In this document: one piece after another, positions 15,121-29,347 of the stretch | Layout: the number at the start of each line of letters is the position of its first letter | How positions within the stretch are numbered: position 1 is the first letter of the stretch | Origin: the human T2T-CHM13v2.0 reference genome, Homo sapiens | Direction: 5' to 3' (one strand) | Length of the DNA: 64,000 nucleotides | Assembly (NCBI RefSeq): GCF_009914755.1 | Contig: NC_060926.1 | Position numbers and translations under genes: made by a program | Notes under the pieces: model-generated | Told to the model about the DNA's origin: nothing | The model's input: only the letters and a program-made list of their open reading frames with translations | Database searches by the model: none

Positions 15121-16520
15121 GTTCAGTTGTGTAGAATGTGGAGTTCTACTATTGCAGCTATGGAAGTAGGCAGTGCAAGGCTGTGCAGCTAACAGGCCGG
15201 AGTTTCAAGGCTTTGAACTGGATCTAGGTTTGTGCTGGGTCAGGTTGTGGGATAGTGTCATATGATGAAACTGTTCTGCAATAGATTTAATATCAACAGG
15301 GAAAATATGTATTCTACAATGGATTGAGACTGCTAGGACAATAAGAATGATTCTCCAATTAGTTACTGCTTGTTTTGTGGGCCCTGACTCTGTAGCTTGG
15401 GCCTGGACAACACTAAGAACACAGTATCCATCTTTCTGCCTTTTCATTTATCAAGAGTGAGTTCCCTAATGTTTACTTGCCTATGATCACCCTTCATTCT
15501 ATATCCCCATTGTCTGCCATACAGAACATAAAACTAACTCAGTTTGCGGAATGGAAAAGCAAGTGCCAGTTGCATTATATCTACATTTATGTCTACGTTT
15601 GCATTATCACATGGTGCGTTATCATGGGGTTTTCCTGCTTTTATTTTTCAATTTCTCTTGCTTCTAAAGCTCTAATTTGATCAATCCATTTGAGCATGCC
15701 CTTACTAAAAATACCTATTCCTTATGACCCAACCAGTCCTCATGGCTTCAGGATAGACCACAGCCAGGAACAGTCATATCTGAACCACTATATTTACGTA
15801 AGATATGACTTCTAGTGGAAACAATTTCTGATGGAATAATCAAAATTCTACTTCCTTAATAGGCAAATAAAGAGTTAATACTATTAATATTTAGCCAGCA
15901 TTTTGAAAATTGTATAATGTTCAAATCGATGTCAGACATTTTCATTTTATCTTGATTATACATAAATATAGGGAGTATATATGATTTGCCTGTAGTTATG
16001 TAAATGACAGAAATGGTTAATGAGCCCAGAGTCCAAGCCTAGTATTCTTTTTATGAAACCTTAGGAAGTACAATGTTATTAAATAGTCATAGCAGTATAT
16101 AGTGTTCATATTGCAAAAAAATAAAAATTGCCTTGATTTTAGAATAGCCACTAATTTTATATCATATTTGCATTGATTTCAATAATTTATATATTATTCC
16201 TGAGTGATTTCAGAAAGGATCTGACATGGGGTGATCTTTATGTCTACTAGAAAGGTGTCCAATCTAAACTGAGTACCTTCCCCTTTGACATTTCTACATC
16301 TTTATTTGTTGCTTCAAAATAAGGGTAATTAGAAATGTATGTGGTTACAAATGGCAGATTATATAAAAATAATATCCCTAGAAATGTGTTTTATATTTAC
16401 CTTTGAATATTAACATATCTAAATATGGGTGCTAAACTTCCCTTAGCTAAAATACTAGAGTTGTATTATTGTGGAGAAAGACTGTATTAGAGCTAAGAAA
16501 TTAATCACTTTTTTGCAATA

Positions 16521-16978
16521 CACGTGATTCTTAAACAATGCAATGGTTAGGGGAACCAACTGCCCACACAGTCAGAAATCTGAGTATAACTTTTGACATT
16601 CCCAAACCTTAGCTACTAAATGCCTACTGTTGACTGGAAGCTTTACTGATAAGATAATTGACACAAATAACTGATAAGTTAATTGACACAAATGTATATT
16701 ACATGTATTATATACTCTGTTCTTATAATAAAGTAAGCTAGAGAAAAGAAAAATGTTACTAAGAAAATTATAAGGAAGAGACAATATATTTACTATTCAT
16801 TAAGTGGAAGGGGATCATCCTAAAGGTCTTCATCCTTGTTATCTTCACGTTGAGTAGGCTGAGGAAGACGAGGAACAGGAGGAGGTGGTCTTGTTGTCTT
16901 AGGGGTGGCTGAGGAGGAGGAAAATCTATGTATAAGTGGACTCATGTAGTTTAAACCCATGTTGTTAAGGTTCCAGTG
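16521..16978 (-). mobile_element. Tigger2a DNA transposon (MITE)
   Basis: Matches the reverse Tigger2a consensus (tttactattcattaagtggaag...cacgttgagtaggctgagga); TA on both sides; internal ~25-bp tandem duplication at 16645-16694. Confidence 0.85.
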
Positions 16979-17176
16979 TATGTTTGCTCAATATCTCTAA
17001 GAAGCCACTGAAAAAAGTGCCCCATATGGAATTTGTAAAACAGCTGTGGAATTTTGCCGCTTGAACCACTTTGTTTCCTCACATGAACTTGACTGATGGA
17101 AACAGCAACAGCAGTAGCTTACAGGGATGGCAGCAGGTATAGGTCTCCCCAGTTTCTTCCTTCTCCAAATCCACTT

Positions 17177-17670
17177 ATTTTTTTTTCTTTTTTTTATTAT
17201 TATACTTTAAGTTCTGAGGTACATGTGCAGAACGTGCAGGTTTGCTACGTAGGTATACACGTGCCATGGTGGTTTGCTCACCCATCAACCCATCATCTAC
17301 ATTAGGTATGTCTCCTAATGCTATCTCTCCCCTATCCCCCACTCCCCGTCAGGCCCTGGTGTGTGATGTTCCCCTCCCTGTGTCCATGTGTTCCCATTGT
17401 TCAACTCCCACTTATGAGTGAGAACATGTGGTGTTTGGTTTTCTGTTCCTGTATTACTTTGTTAAAAATGATGGTTTCCAGCTTCATCCACATTTCTGCA
17501 AAGGGCATGAACTCATTCCTTTTTATGGCTGCATAGTACTCCATGGTGTATATGTGCCACATTTTCTTTATTCAGTCTATCACTGATGGGCATTTGGGTT
17601 GGTTCTAAGTCTTTGCTATTGTGAACAGTGCTGCAATAAACATGTGTACATGTGTCTTTATAGTAAAATA
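17177..17670 (-). mobile_element. 5'-truncated L1PA7-like 3' end
   Basis: Poly(T)-tatactttaagttctg...ggtggtttgctcacccatcaacccatcatctacattagg; TSD aaatccact at 17167 and 17672. Confidence 0.9.
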
Positions 17671-17997
17671 TAAATCCACTATTTTATGGTTTGGCATCCT
17701 CACATTCCATTTATTCATCTGAATCCATGTTTTCCATTCCCTGGTGCTCCTGGACCCCCGCACTTGTCCCACGCTGCATTTCTACCTTGTCCTGATGCTC
17801 TGACTGCTAGGGATGAGGCAATCATGAGTCATGTACCTACTTAGAGCCAGTCTGTATTTTAGACTGATTTAAAAGGAGAGCAATAATTAATGCAAAATTG
17901 CCTTTCCTGGGACTTTTAATGGGTGGATTTCCAAGTCTTTACCAAGCAACACACTGAGCTGTAAGAAGAAATGGCAAAGTCAGTGTGATAATTAATC

Positions 17998-18802
17998 TAG
18001 TGGTTCACCACTCTCAAGGGGACATTTTGACAATTGAGAGTTTATTTATTTATTTATTTATTTATTCTTGTTTCAGTGATTCACGGGCACTGCTGTCATG
18101 TAGTGGGTGCAGCCAGGTAGGCCAAGCATGTTGCTGCGAGTAGGGCAGTCCTGCATAATGAAGACTTGTTTTGTGTCACATCGGACTTCAAAATGCCCCA
18201 TGCATACTCATAAAGAAAGAAAAAGCCTGTTAATATATTTTACAATTTTTCTTACATTTTATTTTCAAATTTTAATTTTTAGCCTAAAACCCAAGTCCAC
18301 TTTGAAAATAAACACAAAGCCCCGTTTATAAAGTTTTACTACATACTGTTTTCCAGGAATGCAACTACTATTTGAACCAAGGTGATATTTTACTGAATTT
18401 TACCAGAACCTTACCGAGAATTGTTTAGCGTTGCAGAAACTCTTCTCCGTGACAGTAATGCCACTTGAATTTGAATTTCCTAGACAGTACACCTTAACTG
18501 TTTGCATTTATGGTCGTCACAGCTATAATGAATGATTCCATATGTAGGTATGAGTCACTGACTCCATCATTATGTCTCTTGGTGTAGTTGGGCCTGAGCA
18601 TATATTTTGAAAAACACATTTTTTGATATATATTACTGACTACATTTTTTACATTAAAGTTAGGTTAATATATCCATTTTTAAAATTATTATCTGTTAAT
18701 TTCATTTTGATATAGTAGATGGGACTTTAAACATATTTGTTTTCTAAAGGAACATTCTTTAAATTTGATGATTTTTTTAAATCATAGAATTAAGGATTAC
18801 TG
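17998..18802 (+). mobile_element. MER20B hAT-Charlie transposon
   Basis: agtggttc...ttccaggaatgcaactacta...cattatgtctcttggtgtagt similarity to the MER20B consensus. Confidence 0.72.
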
Positions 18803-21800
18803 TTTGAAGAAATTAAGCAGACTAGTACCGAATAATAGGTGCAAAAATTGCATAATAAGTTATTTAGCTGAACAAAATACATGCTAATTACAAAAGCCTG
18901 ATGATTGGTTTGTAATAACTGACACACTTATATGCATCAGTCGATATTTCTATCATGTGTAAATTGTGCTACATACAGATGATAAAACAAAGTCATATAA
19001 AAGTTGGCCTTATAATACAGATGTCTAATAGGCATATAAGTCATCCTTACCAACTTTCAGCCTGCTGACCAGTCGTGTAATGAAAATGGATGGCACCTGA
19101 ATGAGAAAACAATTATGTGGCTATCTGAAGGAGGGTGGTCATACCAAAAGGATGAACAAAATACTTCAAGCAAAACTAACAGCAACATAACGAGCTAAGA
19201 AGTGACAGGCACAAACACAAGTGGATCATGTTGACTTGAAGCAAGCAGAGTTTGAGCTGTTTCACTGTCTCATTGAAACAGAAGAGTATGCTCAGCGTGA
19301 AACTAAGAGACAGCTTACAGAGAATGACACCCTGCAGGTAGCAGCTGCTGCTGACACCCAACGGGCAGAATATAGAGAAGGTATATTTGTTTATTTATGC
19401 AATTTGTGAGGAATTGATTGCCTGACATAATTCACCCTTTTCAGACCCATGCTTATAACTAGGAAGCATCAAGGTCAATATCCCAGTCACACAGTGCAAA
19501 ATATTTTGCCATATGTACAGGATTGAATGTAATGGCAGAAGTCATTTCAACAGGACTGCTGTCAATATATCATTTGCATATGTACAAATAATTTGTTAAC
19601 TATGGTTGTTCTTAACATATTCACAAGTAAACCCCCTAAGGCATAATTACAATAGCACTGCCTATTCAATCCCTATTTTTGTTCTGGAAATTATACCTAC
19701 ATTGAGCCTAGTTCTAGGTTCAGGCCAAAAAACAAGGGATATGCAACTTTAAGGGGAAGAAATACTGACTCCATAAATATCCATATAGCTTTTTAAGAAA
19801 GATTTGCTTAATAGGAAAACGGTGTTTTCTCACGTAAAATTCAGGTTTTGTTTAACAAACATATTGAATCCAAAGATAAAGTATAGTATAAAGTAATAGG
19901 ATGTGCTTCTGTATTGAAATACTGGTAGTTTTAAATTCTTGACATGAATAACTGGATATGGCATATGTAAATCTACCAAGAAATAAAACAGAGGTCTTAA
20001 AATGTAAAGACATGATAGGACATATTTATCACCCCATAAAACAAACTGGCATTTTCATATCCTAAGCTGGCCACTTTGTTGTATTTGTGTATGGGTCCTC
20101 ACTACAAAGTTCTGTCCCTGATTTGGGAACATCACACATGAGAGGTAAAAAGCACATGGTAGATGAGGGATACAAATACCATTCTGTTTATGATTCTAAC
20201 AGATCGATTTGTGATACAAAAACCATGGGTAGAATTTGAGAATAATTAGTGTGATACGATGTTATAAATACAAAGGAAGTATGTGTGTGATTTTTTTTTC
20301 AAACTTGGTTTTCTATTTCTTACAGACAGTAGTTTTCTTTGAAAGTATTAATTAGTTCACTGTTTGTGTGATTTTATGGGCAGGAGGAGTGACTATCCAT
20401 TGTGATGGCAGTAAAAGGTAACGTGCCCTAATGTAGTTCATAGTAATGACGAGGGACACATGCCAGGTGACATATTTTAATGAAATGTTAAATGAATTAC
20501 CAAGAAAAAAGGGAACTTAATTTTCAATATGAAAGGAAGAGGCCATTGAATAAATAAAGTGGAGGTGAGATAACAGATTCTCAAAGGATTCTTAAAAATC
20601 TGCCATGTTATGTCATTCTGGTCAACAGAATGATTCATATTTCATTAACTGATTATAGATAAAATATTAGATCCTGTTACAAGTTATGTGTCTTACAGTT
20701 CAGTTATTATTCACATAGGTATTTCAGAGGGAGAAAATGATTTTCCATCCTTTTTTTTTTTTTTTTTACAACATTAGGGGAAAATAATTACTATTAAACC
20801 TTCTGTTTCCATTCACTGGATCTGAGATGAAGTGGATTTCCTTACATATTCATGACTGCTTTGGTTAAATACCATCTATTCTGAATTTTATTCTCCATAT
20901 TACAGCTATAATATAAAGGAAATAAATATGCTTTCCTTAAATGTATCAATGGAGCAAAAATTGTTTTTATAATAAAGAACAAATCCAAAGACAGGCAATT
21001 CAGTTAATCATATAATTTAAAGGTTATTGCAAGGTCTTGGATAACCCTGAATATTTATTTTTCCACCAGCTCACTATCTTATTTGCATCTTTTCTTATAT
21101 GTTCTAAGATCCCTGCAACTGGAATAATTTCTCTTGATAAAAGAATAAAGAAAAGATTTAATTATGGTATTTATTATTGTATTTTGAAGGTAAATATTAA
21201 AAATATGCTTTGATGGAATGGGCTCAAGAGAAATGGGAATGAGGATGCTAGTTGAGAAGACTTCTCATGCGTCCTCCTCATTTCATAAGCATAGATTAAT
21301 TAAATTAACTAGTTGCTCACCAAAGCCTGACATAAGAATGATGAGGTGCAGAAGCCACTAAGTTTTAATGTGTGTTAAAAACAGCAGCAAAAACTGTTAG
21401 GGGCTTAGTGAGTATCATGGACTATCTGCAGGTGGGTTTCCATGGAGGAGGAGCCCAGGGGAGCCCCAAGGAAGTATAAGGCGGGGTGGGGCTCAGGAAA
21501 AGCAGATTTAAAGCTTGAGAGCACCATGCTGTGCTGATATTATAGCAGAGAAAAAAACTGATTTTACCTTTCCTAACTCCTTTCTCTTCTTGCCATGAAT
21601 AGCATATATGGAATTACTTTTAAATATGTGATGAATACATGTATATCCGTGACACATGAGTCTCTGCCTGCAAATCAGTTATGTAAGAAATATGGCATTT
21701 CCTTGTTTACTAGAAGTCAAGCTAATTTAGACATGACTCTCTTTCTTATATGTCTAGCTAGAAATTCTACCTTAGTCATTCTTAGGGCATCTCTTCCCTA

Positions 21801-22713
21801 TGGTGGTGCCAAGTTCCTGGAGCCTTATTCTACATTAGTCATCAGGAGCCCTTCCTAGTTGTTGGTCATCTGCCCACTGCTGAAATAAATGTTCAGTGTC
21901 CCAGCTTCATGGTAATGTGCCTTACTTTGTTGTTATACATGGACCATCTTTGGATGAAGGGTGAAACTTAGGACTAGGATCCAGCCTCTCAGATGAATCC
22001 TGTGGTGTTTCCCTCTGAGATCTGGCTACCTTTTCCAGGCAATGCAATAGAATGATACTAAATTCTTTCCTTCTCACAGAGCCTGACAAGCATACATACC
22101 CCTTTCCTACTCCAAGGGAATCTACCTCACTCTTTCTCCTTGTCCTTGAAAGCTTCCCTAAAGCCTTCTCTTCTTTCAGAGATAACTAGCATGAGCTTAG
22201 AGTTTCATAAAAGATGAGAAACACTTCTGACTCCAGGTAGTTTCTGGTCTCTGTCCATCCAATATTCCAGAGGCAAGGAATTACAAAGCCTGTTTCCCTG
22301 CTTCACTGGAAAAAATAGGGGGAAATCACCAGGAGTATAAATGCAAATTAGTATTTCAATAAATTATACTACCATTGAGGAAGAATCTCACACATTTATG
22401 TCACCAGGAATACTGATAATGAAGGAATTAATTCCAAAATACAATTTTAAAGCAGATACCTAATGGCTAAGTTCTGACAAAGAGTATAGATCTGATTTGT
22501 GCATTATGCATGTAACTATTTCAGAGACATGGAAATTAAATCATATTTAAGACATATTTGATGTATTATATTTACTGAAAATAATAAAATTCTGTAAAAT
22601 CAGGACTGTCAGGAAAAGTCAGAATGTAGCCACTGTACTCAGTTATAGAATAAAAGCAGATATATCTTGGCCATTGAATCACAGTGCCTTAAAATAAGAT
22701 AGTAAAGTAATGA

Positions 22714-23041
<328 letters not shown>

Positions 23042-23818
23042 CTACTAATGCTATTATTCTAAACTAATTGCCCTTTCTAGGTTTGCCTGCCTGGATTGTG
23101 TTTTTTAAATATTTTTTCTTATATGTTATATTCTTGTTAGATGGCTAGAATGCTCTAGGGTCTGGAAAGAGGGACAACATCCTTTGGGTAAATGGAAAAG
23201 TTGAACTAATTGAGAAAAATATTCTGTGTTTAAATTATGTTTGCCATTTTTAGTATTTTCATTTTTAGGGACTACATATGCTGACTTAGGAAGTTCAAGC
23301 TAGGTTTAATTTTCTTCCTTTGATAGCTTCACATAACCCACACTTTCCCTCCAAATATTCCTCATCTTTCACCTTTGCTTATAGTTGTTATAGAATTTAT
23401 TAAAGAGTAAGAAGAAAAGAAAATAATAGACATACCAGGGGCTCAGGAATAATACTATATAGAAAATTACATACTGTTGGCCTTTAGTTTTTGAACATGA
23501 TTAAATGTGAAATATTGCTATAAAACTTTTATTCAGCTCAGAAGGGTTCGGCCTACATAACAGAAAGTGGGAGATAATGGGGAACTAATTTTCCAAAAAC
23601 AAATTTCTTATTTTATCATTTTGTATAAAGTCATTTCTGACATATCATGGCAGCAAAAACATGATAAATAAAGTCAACAGTAATGTTGTGTACTTGATCT
23701 ACTGTGGCAAAACTGAAGGTCCCCTGTTAGTCCTAATATATTTTCCCACTTTCTTTTTAACAGTGAATTATATCCTCATTCAAACATTAAAAAATACTCT
23801 TTTGCTGACATTTTAAAG

Positions 23819-24032
23819 AAGAGGTGTCCAATCTTTTGGCTTCCCCAGGCCACATTGAAAGAAGAAGAATTGGCTTGGGCCACACATAAAATACACTAGT
23901 GATAGCTGATGAGGTTATAAAAAAATTGCCAATCTCATAATGTTTTAAAAAACTTTAGTAATTTATGTTGGACCACATTCAGAGTCATTCTGGGCTGCAT
24001 GCAGCCCATGGGCCATGGGTTGGACAAGCTTG
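23819..24032 (+). mobile_element. MER30 hAT transposon
   Basis: ggtgtccaatcttttggcttcc...gggttggacaagcttg; degenerate 8-bp TSD ttttaaag/ttttgtag. Confidence 0.88.
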
Positions 24033-24394
24033 TTTTGTAGCAACACAGTGGAAAAATGGAACCCTTACATTGATACCATCAAGAATGGTAAGCAAGGTAT
24101 ACACATTTAATACTCTTAAGGAGCTTACATTCTTGAGAACAAGAGTGTGAATTAAAGTCAGAAATTTCAGTTAACTAAATTATACTGTTAGATGAGAAAA
24201 TAAAAACTAAAATACTGGAAGTTTCTATAGTCTTTACTGGGCAATCAATTATTGTGCCCTTTTTGTTGATCATGTGATTAAGGTAATTAAAATCCACGTA
24301 AATCTCAGCAAGTATATTTTTAAACAATAGATTCAAAATTTCAAGATGAATTCCAAAGGGAAGGATACTGCATTGAGGGTTAAATACTGGGAAG

Positions 24395-26646
24395 TGATAT
24401 GGTTTGGCTTTGTGTCCCCACCCAAATCTCATCTTGAATTGTACTCCCATAATTCCCATGTGTTCTGGGAGGACCAGGTGGGAGATAATTTGAATCATGG
24501 GGGTGGTTTCCCCCATACTGTTCTCATGGTAGTGAATAAGTCTCACGAGATCTGATGGTTTTATCAAGGGTTTTCCACTTTTACATCTTCCTCATTTTCT
24601 CTTGCTGCCTCCATAAGAAGTGCCTTTCACCTCCTGCCATGATTCTGAGGCCTCCCCAGCCATGCAGAACTCTAAGTCCAATAAACCTTTTTTTCTTCCC
24701 ATTCTTGGGTATGTCTTTATCAGCAGCATGGAAACAGACTAGTAGAGTAAACTGGTACCAGTAGAGTGGGATGTTGCTGAAAAGTTACCTGAAAATGTGG
24801 CAGCAACTTTGGAACTGGTTAACAGGCAGAGGTTGGAACAGATTGAAGACAGGAAAATGTGGGAAAGTTTGGAACTTTCTATAGACTAGTTGAATGGCTT
24901 TGACCAAAAGCTTGATAGTGATACGGACACTAAGGTCCAGGCTGAGGTGGTCTCAGATGGAGATGAGGAACTTGTTGGAAATTGGAGAAAGGTGACTCTT
25001 GTTATGTTTTAGCAAAGAGACTGGTGGCATTTTGCCCCTGCCCTAGGGATTTGTGGAACTTTGAACTTGAGAGAGATGATTTAGGGTATCTGGTGCAAGA
25101 AATTTCTAAGCAGTAAAACTCAAGCGATGACTTGGGTGCTGTTAAAGGCATTCAGTTTTATAAGGGAAGCAGAGCATGAAAAATTCAGAAAATTTGCAGC
25201 CTGACAATGTGATAAAAAAGAAAAACCCATTTTCTGAGGAGAAATTCAAGCCAGCTGCAGAAATTTGCATAAGTAACAACGAGGGGAATGTTAATCCCCA
25301 AGACAATGGGGAAAATGTCTCCAGGGCATGTCAGAGGTCTTCACGGCAGCCCCTCCCATCACAGGCTAGGAGGCTTAGGAGAAAATGGTTTCATGTGCCT
25401 GGCCCAGGATCCCCATGTTGTATGCAGCCTAAGGACTTTTTGCCCTGCATCCCAGATGCTCCAGCCATGGCTGAAAGGGTCCAATGTAGAGCTTGGGCTG
25501 TGGCTTCAGAGGGTGCAAGCCCCAGTCCTTGGCAGCTTCCACGTGGTGTTGAGCCTACAAGTAAACAGAAGTCAAGAACTGGGGCTTGGGAACCTTTGCC
25601 TAGATTTGAGAACATGTATGGAAATGCCTGGATGTCCAGGCAGAAGTTTGCTGCAGGGGCAGGGTGCTCATGAAGAACCTCTGCTAGGGCAGTGTGGAAG
25701 AGAAATGTGTGGCTGGAGCCCCCATACACAGTCCTTACTGGGGCACTGCCTAGTGGGGCTGTGAGAAGAGGGCCACCGTCTTCCAGACCCTAGAATGGTA
25801 GATCCACTGGAAGCTTGCACTGTTTGCCTGGCAAAGTCACAGACACTCGATGCCAGCCCATGAAAGGAGCTGAGAGAGAGGCTGTACCCTGCAAAGCCAC
25901 ATGGGTGAAGCTGCCCAAGACCATGGGAACCTACCTCTTGCATCAGCGTGACCTGGATGTGAGACTTGGAGTCAAAGGACATTATTTTGGAGCTTTAAAA
26001 TTTGACTGCCTCACTGGATTTCAGACTTGCATGGGCCCTGTAACCACTTTGTTTGTGCCAATTTCTCCCATTTGGAAGGGCTGTATTTACCCAATACCTG
26101 TACCCCTATTGTATCTAGGAAGTAACTAGCTTGCTTTTGATTTTACAGGCTCATAGGTGGAAGGGATTTGCCTTGTCTCAGATGAGACTTTGGACTGTGG
26201 ACTTTTGAGTTAATGCTGAAATGAGTTAAGACTTTGGGGGACTGTTGGGAAGGCATAATTGGTTTTCAAATGTGAGGACATGAGATTTGGAGGGGCCAGG
26301 GGTAGAATGATATGGTTTGGCTCTGTGTCCCCACCCACATCTCATCTTGAATTGTACTCCCATAATTTCTACTTGTTGTGGGTGGGACCCAGTGGGAGAT
26401 CATTTGAATTATCAGAGCGGTTTCCCCCACACTGTTCTCAGGGTACTGAATAAGTCTCACGAGTTCTGACGGTTTTATCAGGGGTTTCCGCTTTTGCATC
26501 ATCCTCATTTTCTGTTGCTGCCTTTCACTCCTGGGCCATTATTTTGAGGGCTCCCCTACCATATGGAACTGTAAGTCCAATGAAACCTCTTTTTCTTCAC
26601 AGTCTTGAGTATGTCTTTATCAGCAGCATGAAAACAGACTAATATA
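24395..26646 (+). mobile_element. Full-length THE1A MaLR provirus (5' LTR 24395-24746, internal 24747-26307, 3' LTR 26308-26646)
   Basis: Two LTRs starting tgatatggtttggct; ~1.56 kb THE1-int; TSD GGAAG at 24390-24394 and 26647-26651. Confidence 0.93.
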
Positions 26647-26689
26647 GGAAGTAATGGTGTCTCTTCAGAGAACACGAAGATTTGTCGTT

Positions 26690-27000
26690 TCATTAAAAAT
26701 AAATATTTATTGAGTACCCACTCTGGGCTAGCTATGTACAACTGTTAAGTGATGGATTGTGACATATAAGGCCAGAGTCCTCATGGAGTGTTTAACTCTA
26801 CACAGGGCTGACAAGTGTAAGAGGGAACAAGAACATAAATAAATAAGCTAAATTCAGCTAGTGATTGGTGCTAAAAAGGAAATAAACAGGATAATGTGAT
26901 AGTGATGTGTGTTGTGGGTCCATTCGGGTTTCTAGCTCTTTATGGTCAGAAGATACTGAGCTTTGAAGGCAAGCTCTGCGCATGAGGAAACAGGTGGGTT
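26690..27000 (-). mobile_element. L2 fragment
   Basis: aaatatttattgagtacccactctgggc... (reverse L2 3' end). Confidence 0.55.
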
Positions 27001-28033
27001 AAATCGATTTTTTTTTTCTCTGACAATCAAGCCCCTGGATAACCTAAGCGTTTTCGCCTTCATTTCAGCCAGGCTTTTTCTCCTTTATTCTATGCTTGCT
27101 GGGCCCTTTACTCTCTAATAGCCAAACTACTAGAGCTAGAGATCTTGCCTTTGTCATTAACTTTTCCTGTTCCCAATATCTGCTTTCTAAGATCTCTTTC
27201 AGGAGGTAGATATGGAAAGGAAAACAGACATAAAATTTGAATGTATCATTGTGGCTACATGTGAACATATTGCATTAAATTAATTGATAGAAAGAAGTTT
27301 GAATAAAATATTTTAGAAGAGGTTTTTGAATTTAGAGTTTATGAGGTTATACTTCTTTATCAACTTACAGTTAACAATGAAGTTATTCCCAAGCATCTTT
27401 AAAGCTAATTTATTTCCTTTTATGTTTAAAGTTTTTTGAAGGAAATATATGCCTCAAAACAATTCTGTTGACCTTTTCTATCTATCTATTTATCTATAAA
27501 ACAAAACATTAAATGGTTCCTTGATGGTTTTAAGTCATGGAATTTTTAGAAGCTAAAAGTGATTTAACTGCAGAACATTAAAAAACAGCACTGTATGATT
27601 GAAACTATGAGCTTTCATTCTTTCTTACCCAGGTCTGGGGTTCAGGCACATGAAGGATTGACTTTCATAGTTCCACATCATAAGGCACAGATTGTAAAGT
27701 ATATGTAACCATTTTACTTAGTCTATTAACTTTCAGAAACCCAAACCAAGAGAATCACTCAGCAATGTGACATTTCACTTTTAGCTCTTACTGTCCTTTA
27801 TAATATTCAGGTAAAATAATATTTTAAACTAGTTTAGACTGTGGCACATGCAGTACATACCTTGATGGTACGGATGACAGGCATCAAACCTAAACTCTGT
27901 AAAAAATCTGTGTAAATAACTCTTATTTTACTTTACACTGAAAGTAAAGTAAAATAAGGACTCAATGGTAAACTATTTCTTTATTAATACACACATTCTT
28001 ATTTTACATTTCAGAGTAAAGTAAGAGTTTGTG

Positions 28034-28394
28034 CGTATTAGTCCGTTTTCATGCTGATGATAAAGACATACTTGAGACTGGGCAATTTATAAAGAAAAAG
28101 AGGTTTAATGGACTCACAGTTCCATGTGTCTGAGGAGGCTTCACAATTGTGGCTGAATGTGAAAGGCACAGCTTGCATGGTGGCAGACAAGAGAGAATGA
28201 GAGCCGAGCGAAAGGGGTTTCCCCTTATAAAACCATCAGATGTCTTGAGACTTATTCACTACCAAGAGAACAGTATGGGGGAAACTATCTCCCTGATTCA
28301 ATCATCTCCCACTAGGTCCCTCCACGACATGTGGGAATTATGGGAACTCCAATTCAAGATGAGATTTGGGTGGGGACACAGCCAAACCATATAT
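28034..28394 (-). mobile_element. THE1B solo LTR
   Basis: THE1B similarity; TSD TTGTG at 28029-28033 and 28395-28399. Confidence 0.9.
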
Positions 28395-28656
28395 TTGTGT
28401 ATTAATAAAGAAACAGTTTACTATTGCATCCTTAAGAATTGAGGCACTTACATATAGCTCACATTCATTCTTACTCTTCTGAGTCTCAGTATCAAATGGG
28501 CTGGATTAAAAATAAATAAAAAACAAAACAATAAATAAGGCAAGGGGAACTCAAGTGAACACATGGATAAAATGATTAGATGATAAATGGAATTATTCGA
28601 GAAATATTTTAAAAATTAGTGTAATTATAAAAGGTAAATAAATTCTAGATAAACAC

Positions 28657-29130
28657 TGTATTAATCAGGGTTCTCCAGTGAAACAGAACCAATAGGAGAA
28701 AGAGAGAGAGAGAGATAGATGCAATTATGGAGGCAGGAAGTCCCACGATGTGCTGTCTGCAAGCTGGAGGCACAGGAAAGCCAGTGGTACAGTTCCAGTC
28801 CAAACCTGAAGGTCTGTGAACCAAGGCAGTCAGTGGTCTAAGTCCTGGTCCAAGTTCAAAGGCCTGAGAACCAGGAGCTCTGATATCCGACAGCAGGAGA
28901 ATATGGATGTCCCAGATTGAGCAAAGAGCAAACTCACCATTTTAGTTATATTTATGCCCTCAATGGATTGAATGGTGCCCTCTTACATTGGCGAGGGACA
29001 TCTCCTTTACTCAGTCTACTGATCCAAATGTTAATCTCTTCTAGAAACACCCTCACAGACATACCCAGCAGTAACATTTTACCATCTGGACATACTTATC
29101 CTGGTCAAGTTGACACATAAAATTATCGCA
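28657..29130 (-). mobile_element. MLT2B-type ERVL LTR
   Basis: tgtattaatcagggttctccag...aaacaccctcacagacatacccag...gtcaagttgacacataaaatta. Confidence 0.85.
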
Positions 29131-29151
29131 TTGAGAATATTAGGCATCCAA

Positions 29152-29347
29152 TAGTGGTGTGCTTGCAAGCCCACTCTCAGAATAATAAAGGCCTCGATAT
29201 GTAGCATTTGACAACTTCCATAGTGTAAATACCCTCACCATAACACATTTCAGAGGATCAACCTGAAGTTGCTGAATGTGAAGTTGGGAAGCAATGTATA
29301 CCATTTTCCCGTGTGAACCAGTACGAGTCAACTGCAGTGTACCACTG
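29152..29347 (-). mobile_element. MER63A-like hAT transposon
   Basis: Terminal inverted repeats tagtggtgtgc / gtgtaccactg; internal gtagcatttgacaacttccatagtgtaaatac. Confidence 0.75.

Noticed and set aside
19221-19409. 62-aa ORF MDHVDLKQAEFELF... as a hidden exon
   Set aside because: GTG start, no recognisable domain, not part of the SPAG16 sequence I recall, and no convincing acceptor.
20326-20417. Pseudo-exon with acceptor tttcttacag and donor AAG|gtaacg (similar strong acceptor at 49979)
   Set aside because: Such sites are expected by chance in 60 kb of intron; no supporting frame or other evidence.
25176-26129. ORFs of 104-165 aa in the THE1 internal region
   Set aside because: Fragments of the degenerate MaLR internal ORF, broken by stops and frameshifts; not a host gene.
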